DNA of 64,000 nucleotides from a virus: IMG/VR virus record IMGVR_UViG_3300045988_149609; one strand, 5' to 3'. Shown piece by piece: positions 58,401 to 64,000 of this stretch (position 1 is its first letter; each line of letters starts with the position of its first letter). The notes under the pieces were generated by a model. It saw only the letters and a program-made list of their open reading frames with translations, ran no database searches and was not told where the DNA came from. The position numbers and the translations under genes were made by a program.

Positions 58401-61400
58401 CTAAAAATGGAGCTAAATGTTTTTGAGAATGCCAAGGCATATAAACTTCAAATTGTAAATTACCTTCTTTATCTTTAATAACATGTAAATCATGAGTAAA
58501 ACCAAAACTAGATACCAAAGTACAAGCTGCACCTTTTTTATTTTTTTGTTTAGTTATTCTATTACTAAATACAGATAAAACTAGTTCTTGAAGTTTATTT
58601 AAAGTATTAATATTATTAGTAGGTATATTAAATTGTTTCTTACCGTTTACTTCAACAATTTGTAAAGCATTTATCATATCATTACCATACTTATTACTTG
58701 CTTGTATTGCTTTAATAAGTATTTTTTGAATGGTTTCGATATTCTTAAAATCAGCTTTTATTGTTTCAAAATCTTCAAGTAAATTTTCAATAATTAAATC
58801 ACTACATAATTTATTTATTTCATTACCTTTAAGTACATGATTTTTATCAAAACTATCTTTGAATTTTAATTCAAAATCAGCAGGAAAATCAGATTCTATA
58901 AGATTTCTATTTTGTGATCCAGCTACAGATTGTGCATCAAATAAGTGTTCTGGATTTTGTTGAGCAATCATATAATCAGAAGTAGGAATTGAATGTACTA
59001 CTGATGTATTTAACATTATTCCATTCTTATTTAAATCTTCTAAAATGTCTCCATTTTTATTAACTGTTTTACAAGCTTTTTCTAACATTTCTTTTACTTC
59101 AACTTCAGTAGGCATTGCTTTTTTTGTAAACTTATTAAATGCTTCTTGTGTAATGTTTCCATTTCGTAACATTTGTAATAAGCCCCATTCAAGTTTTTCT
59201 GAAGGAGAAGCTTTACTAAATGCTTTTGCTCCTTCTTTTTTACTCTTATAATAAGTAGTATATTCATGCATTATAGCATCAGCTAAAGTATATTCTCTCT
59301 TATTTTCTTTATTTTTAGTTGGTAATTTTGTTTCTAATACTTTAGCAGCTCTAGTATCACTATGATTAATATCAATAATACCTTGACCTCCTGTTTTTAC
59401 TCCACTTTCAAATATAGCAGCATCAATACCATTTTCTTCCATAAACATATTGAGTGCTCTTAATTGTGGACTACCTGTATTTTGAGAAATATCTTTTGTA
59501 CCTCCCATTGCTAAGGTGTTATAAATAGCTAATAAAACAAATTCACTATCTTTAATTTGATGGCCAATTCTTATTTTACCACCTAAACCATCATTTTGAA
59601 TAGTTTGAGTGTAAGCAAAAGGTTTTAATGTTTGTAATATATTTTCAAAATCTTCATATTTCCAAGTACCATTATTTAATCTTTCATATAATGCTTGCAA
59701 TCTAGGTGTCCATTGCCCCATCATATCTAACATACTTCTATAAGAAGTAAGTGTTCTAAAACCTTGACCATCTGTAGATTTAATTTTAGAAAACATAGAT
59801 AATATGTTATATTTTTCAGCTAATGTTAATCTTTTTTCTTCTACAGCTTTATTCAAAGTTTCTTCTACTAATCCATAACTATTTGATGTTACAACAGCAT
59901 CAGCTAAATATATTATATTAAAATTTTTCTTCCCATATTTAGATTCAGAATTAAATCTAGTACCTGAAGCATAAACTTCTTTATATCTCTTTTGAAAATC
60001 TATTTCATTTTTATAATAAGCTAAATCTGTTACAGTTAGTTGAATTATTTGACTTTGAGCATAAGCATTATTCCAAACAAATTCTGCAAATTTTTCAATA
60101 GCTTCTTCTTTAGTTTTTACCTTTGCAGAGTTCATTACAAATTCAATAATTGATTCTTGATCTGCACTTAAAGCTTTTTCAACTTTTTGTTTCATTATTT
60201 CTTTTAACTTCTCATCAATAAATGCATCAAGTCCTGACATATCATTATTATCAATAAATTGAAACAGTTCTTTTTTATAAGCATTCATTTCAGGAATAAA
60301 AAGAAAATCTTTGCCTCTTGTATCAAAATGTTGAATTTTAGAAACACCTGCTTTTTCTCTTTGATTTACTTTAGTAATACGATTAATTTCTTGTAGAACA
60401 ACATCCCTAAGTTTAGGTGTTAAACGATCTCTAAAATTCTTTATATATTTAGGCATTCTAATGAAAGCAGCCATTTCACTATCAGAAAAAATAGGAAATG
60501 CATAATCAGCATATTGTATTTTACTTGAACTATCATTAGGAGTATCAAAATAAAGATGTAAAAAAGATTTACGAATTTGATTAGGTAGCCATTCATTATA
60601 TTCAATAGCTGCTTGAGAATCATTATTAAATATATCACTTGATCCTTCAGCAAGAAATTTTATTTCTTTAAGACTTAAATGATTTCTTACATCTGGATTA
60701 GTCATTATAAGATTTAACCAACCATTTAAATATCTACCTTCTTTTTCATCATAAAACCATTTATCATAAAGTTTAAATTGTTCTTCAATATATTGTTTAA
60801 AATATTTATCAGATTTTAAATGATCTATCATGTTACTCATAAAACTACAAGGTGTATAAGAAGGATAATTATTACCATTTTGTCTAAATGAAGTACAATT
60901 ATTTAATTCACTTACTGTACCTAAAATAGGAGCAATTTTTTTAATTTCATCTTTACTTTCTTGTATTAAATGCTTATTCTCAAGTTTTTCTGCGATACTT
61001 AAAATACGATTTATTGATGATTTTAATATACGATAATTTTTCATATATTCTCCATCTTGAGATAACCCTATAAGTTCTTGTGCAGTTGTATTAAAACCAA
61101 TACTACGTAAAATTGAATTTAATCCTTCAGCAATTTCTATATAATTATCATTAAAATGTGCAGCTAAACTATCAAGACGTTTTATCTTTTCTTTTATATT
61201 ATTAATATGCTCGTGATTTATAGTTTTATCAGAATTATAAATACTATTTTCATCTAAAACATTACCATGTTCATAATTACCTGTTGTTTCAGCTAATGCA
61301 CTTTCTACAGGTGTCATTTCATTCATAGGAAAGACTTTATTTCCTCTAAGCATATAATAATGAGTAAAATATCGTTTAAATGCTGAATAAAACATTGTAC

Positions 61401-64000
61401 CTAGATTACCATATCCATCAGTATTATCTACATCTAATGCATCTAAAACTTGATTCACCCAAGGAAATTTATTAGCCATTTCTTCTAATAAAGGATATGA
61501 TATATTTCCATCTTTATCTTTTTGTACAAAATCTTGTGGTTCTACTATTTTATTAGCTAATTTGTCTAACAAAATAGCATATGCTTGGTTAAAAGCAATA
61601 TATCTAGGTTGGCCTAAATCATCTACCTCAACTTCATCACCATTCATTTTAACTAGATTGTACAGTACTTTCTTTGTATCTCTAGTTAAAGTATTATGTG
61701 GATCTTCAAATTTAATTTTAAAACTCCAACCTTCATTACCTGTTGCAGCTCTATCTCCATCATCTGAATCTTCATAAGCATTTTCTTCATTTTGTAAATC
61801 TTCTGTGGATTCTGTCATTTCTATTGAAACTCCTTCTTTAAGATTAGAACCATCTAATATATTTGTTTTATGAATAGTAAATTTTACATTTTCATATTGT
61901 TCCATTATAGGAGTTGCCAAATTGAAAATGTCTATAAAATAATCAGATAAAATTTGATATTGATTTTTAATATTAGGATCTTCATTACTATCAATAGCAT
62001 CTTGTATTTCTTGTTTCATTCTATTAATAAGTGTATTACTACCTAACATTTTAACTGCTTTTTCTCTTTGCTTATCAGGATTTTCTAATACTTTTAATGC
62101 ATGATTTAATTTATTAATTTTAGTTTCATCTTTTTCTGCTTTAGCTTCAGCTAATTGTTCTTTAATTGTTTCAGTCATTTCTTCAACAGCTAAATCAATT
62201 TGAGAAGAAAAAGATCTTGCTATATAATTAATTCTATCATTTAATTGAGTAGGTGTAATTAATTTACCTAATTTAGTAAGTGTTGATTCTTCATTTGCAT
62301 TAATAGTTTTACCTGTATAAGGCATTGTTTTTACTTGTTCATCCAAATAAGCTAATGCTTTATTATATCTATCTTCTGCCTTTTGTTCTTCTACTGCATT
62401 TTGTTTTTCTCTTTCTTCAAAGAAAGCTCTTGCTTTTGCATAAGCATCTGCATCAGCTTCCATTGCTTCAGACACATCATCAAGATTAATAGTAAGTACT
62501 GATTTACCAGCATTAGGATTAAATTCTTCAGTAACTGGAGCTACAGGTTTATCTTTTAGTAATTTTTTCTCAGCATCTTTTAGTTTTTCAAATCTAATAT
62601 CAAGAGGTTCTGTTGTTCTTCTATGAATCCTACCTAATTCTTTAACTTGACGTGGTTGTGCATTAGTATAAGCTTTATCATGATTATATAATTGTCCTTC
62701 TTTTGCTGTATATTCTGCAGTACCATTTTCTGTTTTAGGTGCAAGATAATCAACTTTAATAGGAATAATACCTGTACCTACAACTTTAACTCCATATTTT
62801 TGTTCAAGAAGTTGCTTATATAATGATAATTGATTTTTCCATTTAATTTCATCACTATCATAAATATTAGCACTTCTTTTAGTTTTCATATCATAGATGT
62901 AAAAGTTACCTTCATCATCATATGCTAATAAATCAACAGTTCCTGCAACAGGTAAAAGCTTTTTATTACCTTTTTCATCAGTAACTTCAACTGTTCCTGT
63001 AAGTGTTATATCTTTAGGTACTATATGCAATTTTTTACCTTTACTTTCTTTAGCTTTACCATCAAAAAAGTCTTTAAGCTTTTGTAAGTCTTGCATAAAA
63101 GCTTGCCATTGTTCAGTAGTAGCATTATAATATCTATCACCTAAAGTATTTAAATCACCTAATTTTCCATCAAAAAAATCTCTTACAAATCTATCAACTT
63201 GAGTACCAATAGTAGTAGAAGGCAATTTCCAATCATTTTCTTCAAAAGGTTTACCGTCTTTATTTGCTTGAATAACAGTTGTGGTTCTTGCAAATAAGTC
63301 ATTAGTTTCTGTATTTATATAATTGTGTTCATCTTCAGTAAGTTTTATTTTTGAAGTATCTTCTTGAATTTGATTAATTACTTTTTGTGTTTTTTGAAGA
63401 ACTGTTTCTTGTGATTGTTCAGAAAATTTTTTTCCAGCGGAGCGGCCCAAAGAAAAATCAATTAATTCAGAAATAGCATTTCTACCATTATCTTGCAATT
63501 TTCTAGTACCAATAACAGCTGCATTTTTAGTCAAAGTTGGTTGAGAAGTAGGAATAAATTTAGATTGCTCTTTATTCCATATTTTCCAAGTATTATCTTT
63601 TTGGTCAAACAAATATACAGGAATATCTCTAATAATGCCTCTAGTAGTAGCATATCCTGTACCTCCATTCACATAACCATTAGAAGCAATTTCACCTACA
63701 GCAAATATAGCATCAGCTTTATCTGCTTGCATCATATCTCTTCTTACTAATTTACCTGCATAAGAATTAATATCTAATGCTTTTCTACCTAAAGTGTTAA
63801 CTACTTCTTGATATTCTTTATCTATTTTTTCTTTCCATTCATTAGATAAATTATCCCAATTAGTAGTAGTATAGTTTTTTACTTTAATACCTGCTTTAGT
63901 TGCTGCTTCTTCCCAAGCTTTATCAGAACCTTCAGCTGCCCCTGAATAAAATTCTGCTTCTTCAGGTTTAAAGTTTAATATAGTTTTAACTTCTTTTGCT
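55462..64000 (-). CDS. Giant single-chain two-barrel RNA polymerase (crAss-like virion RNAP), 5'-truncated by window end; N-terminal SLOG/LOG-DprA-like domain
   Basis: Beta-like DPBB region KNKKGAAC…DKEGNLQFEVYMPW (compare RHGNKGVIS…DENGTPVDIVLNPLG). Beta-prime-like region RIPTEGKYSMMSFIIKG…IMMPADTIVYAGEDFDIDKK (compare RAPTLHRLGIQAF…AAYNADFDGDQ), with DFDID at 58171-58185. The frame stays open to nt 64000. The N-terminus shows YSGAAEGSD…ADAIFAVGEI…NGGTGYA. Confidence 0.6.
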   Translation of the reverse strand, partial: AKEVKTILNFKPEEAEFYSGAAEGSDKAWEEAATKAGIKVKNYTTTNWDNLSNEWKEKIDKEYQEVVNTLGRKALDINSYAGKLVRRDMMQADKADAIFAVGEIASNGYVNGGTGYATTRGIIRDIPVYLFDQKDNTWKIWNKEQSKFIPTSQPTLTKNAAVIGTRKLQDNGRNAISELIDFSLGRSAGKKFSEQSQETVLQKTQKVINQIQEDTSKIKLTEDEHNYINTETNDLFARTTTVIQANKDGKPFEENDWKLPSTTIGTQVDRFVRDFFDGKLGDLNTLGDRYYNATTEQWQAFMQDLQKLKDFFDGKAKESKGKKLHIVPKDITLTGTVEVTDEKGNKKLLPVAGTVDLLAYDDEGNFYIYDMKTKRSANIYDSDEIKWKNQLSLYKQLLEQKYGVKVVGTGIIPIKVDYLAPKTENGTAEYTAKEGQLYNHDKAYTNAQPRQVKELGRIHRRTTEPLDIRFEKLKDAEKKLLKDKPVAPVTEEFNPNAGKSVLTINLDDVSEAMEADADAYAKARAFFEEREKQNAVEEQKAEDRYNKALAYLDEQVKTMPYTGKTINANEESTLTKLGKLITPTQLNDRINYIARSFSSQIDLAVEEMTETIKEQLAEAKAEKDETKINKLNHALKVLENPDKQREKAVKMLGSNTLINRMKQEIQDAIDSNEDPNIKNQYQILSDYFIDIFNLATPIMEQYENVKFTIHKTNILDGSNLKEGVSIEMTESTEDLQNEENAYEDSDDGDRAATGNEGWSFKIKFEDPHNTLTRDTKKVLYNLVKMNGDEVEVDDLGQPRYIAFNQAYAILLDKLANKIVEPQDFVQKDKDGNISYPLLEEMANKFPWVNQVLDALDVDNTDGYGNLGTMFYSAFKRYFTHYYMLRGNKVFPMNEMTPVESALAETTGNYEHGNVLDENSIYNSDKTINHEHINNIKEKIKRLDSLAAHFNDNYIEIAEGLNSILRSIGFNTTAQELIGLSQDGEYMKNYRILKSSINRILSIAEKLENKHLIQESKDEIKKIAPILGTVSELNNCTSFRQNGNNYPSYTPCSFMSNMIDHLKSDKYFKQYIEEQFKLYDKWFYDEKEGRYLNGWLNLIMTNPDVRNHLSLKEIKFLAEGSSDIFNNDSQAAIEYNEWLPNQIRKSFLHLYFDTPNDSSSKIQYADYAFPIFSDSEMAAFIRMPKYIKNFRDRLTPKLRDVVLQEINRITKVNQREKAGVSKIQHFDTRGKDFLFIPEMNAYKKELFQFIDNNDMSGLDAFIDEKLKEIMKQKVEKALSADQESIIEFVMNSAKVKTKEEAIEKFAEFVWNNAYAQSQIIQLTVTDLAYYKNEIDFQKRYKEVYASGTRFNSESKYGKKNFNIIYLADAVVTSNSYGLVEETLNKAVEEKRLTLAEKYNILSMFSKIKSTDGQGFRTLTSYRSMLDMMGQWTPRLQALYERLNNGTWKYEDFENILQTLKPFAYTQTIQNDGLGGKIRIGHQIKDSEFVLLAIYNTLAMGGTKDISQNTGSPQLRALNMFMEENGIDAAIFESGVKTGGQGIIDINHSDTRAAKVLETKLPTKNKENKREYTLADAIMHEYTTYYKSKKEGAKAFSKASPSEKLEWGLLQMLRNGNITQEAFNKFTKKAMPTEVEVKEMLEKACKTVNKNGDILEDLNKNGIMLNTSVVHSIPTSDYMIAQQNPEHLFDAQSVAGSQNRNLIESDFPADFELKFKDSFDKNHVLKGNEINKLCSDLIIENLLEDFETIKADFKNIETIQKILIKAIQASNKYGNDMINALQIVEVNGKKQFNIPTNNINTLNKLQELVLSVFSNRITKQKNKKGAACTLVSSFGFTHDLHVIKDKEGNLQFEVYMPWHSQKHLAPFLVDVLDDDGKVIGKKIDIEKVKENDPKLLEGFGYRIPTEGKYSMMSFIIKGFLPQENGSTIMMPADTIVYAGEDFDIDKKFLQFYNYYKTKDGKYKTYEYDWSKGVAGNSRQARENMLLDLYRKVWGSPQIRDQVMSPGGYDTIKTDAYKTDIVNDPQLLNAWAKAHGINTNFIEELNNIQNDEDGAAVYNSFASDVNALNKSIKEATLDEVEDFLSKNKKTFDPLSMETFIYFHKQNMAGASLIGIYANNNVGQAKRQFSNLELKKEIVINNRTIKSLHDAYTTVEGKTIRISKLCAEFSAASVDNVKDPVLARLAQTPNTAYITCFMLCAGMTSEEISLVFNLPGFRDIIDLYGLIDAKTIKDLPKLLAIKAAKAKINKLAENDSSIDKVKANKMIEELTEQILSISNSIPSSDFNFDSDTMREATFYYNLYKNIDIKTDVNTDLVLMSSVIARMNKLVGPLLEIEAAAQDLRTVTQLGRADSPNGSVGITLAEMYRQKQALKAFNYKAQQPEFTLNNAEQLIQDDLINPFGDLETIRTKLQESPLAKLQAFYSLGINSVPTVMRDLFTQTSESFQLALNYLFEESANYNLPTATIQDFMDSYIIYELTKSKMFGDSEEGTFAEKRNYYLYKFPADLQKMQTDPDLKEVFQLGALNKLRVNNGEIVLDKSGRVTEDVRNRFMRDFDSLLYGNDKAKKLAEDLFKYAYYKEGFKFSHNSFGNFFSTQFLSSFPEYIDTLRNIDNHLVDIDGKFFAQFMFNHLGEFVTKRSVKGFSRHGDMFIPDNAASVINYRTDRHRYFEYMTLVDAMGTNYNVRLDPNTQFSKHPKYIILHDVEHDEINNKTLDYYNSSETVNDIYNRTVNPNLKTALNLATQNGFVSGMQSEEDFAFLNNSTEDELKIEDPFANETPETTIEEEKLKDYKPQEELEKQDMKPCPAPAGKKYSPEIQKRIEDFKKNRINMAEMVNLTKLGVDMEDLK

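Noticed and set aside
57000-63000. Family-A/B DNA polymerase-like snippets in the giant minus-strand protein (TSNSYG, GKKNFNIIY, ILHDVEHDE)
   Set aside because: The motifs are in the wrong order and 1500 aa apart. The DPBB RNAP motifs with correct spacing explain the protein better.

Overview
This window is AT-rich (roughly 30% GC), densely coding DNA from a large tailed dsDNA bacteriophage. It is not a bacterial chromosome. From 1 to about 51,330 nearly every gene is on the + strand. Many are tightly packed and translationally coupled, with overlapping stop/start codons such as TAATG and ATGA.

The + strand block, in order:
- a PI-PLC-like phosphodiesterase;
- a 766-aa protein with a C-terminal GH24 lysozyme-like domain;
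- an array of 8 tRNA or tRNA-like genes (3942-5487);
- a block of small accessory ORFs;
- a GroES-like co-chaperonin;
- a large terminase subunit, then a portal protein;
- virion proteins, including a family-2 glycosyltransferase;
- an embedded lysis-like cassette;
- an acidic scaffold-like protein, then the major capsid protein;
- three giant proteins of 2169, 941 and 2293 aa.

At 51,341-51,375 a bidirectional terminator separates this block from two giant convergent minus-strand genes of 1349 aa and more than 2845 aa. The larger one runs off the window edge. It contains both a beta-like and a beta-prime-like double-psi beta-barrel motif (NKKGAAC... and GEDFDID) in a single chain. That is the hallmark of the virion-packaged RNA polymerase of crAss-like (Crassvirales) phages. 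Its N-terminal part, at the window edge, looks like a SLOG/LOG/DprA-type Rossmann domain.

TAnnTTTGCA boxes recur upstream of genes. They match the Bacteroidota -7 promoter element and point to a Bacteroidota host. Strong intrinsic terminators follow the highly expressed capsid genes. No integrase, CRISPR array or IS element is visible. All domain calls are by eye from motifs. No database search was possible.
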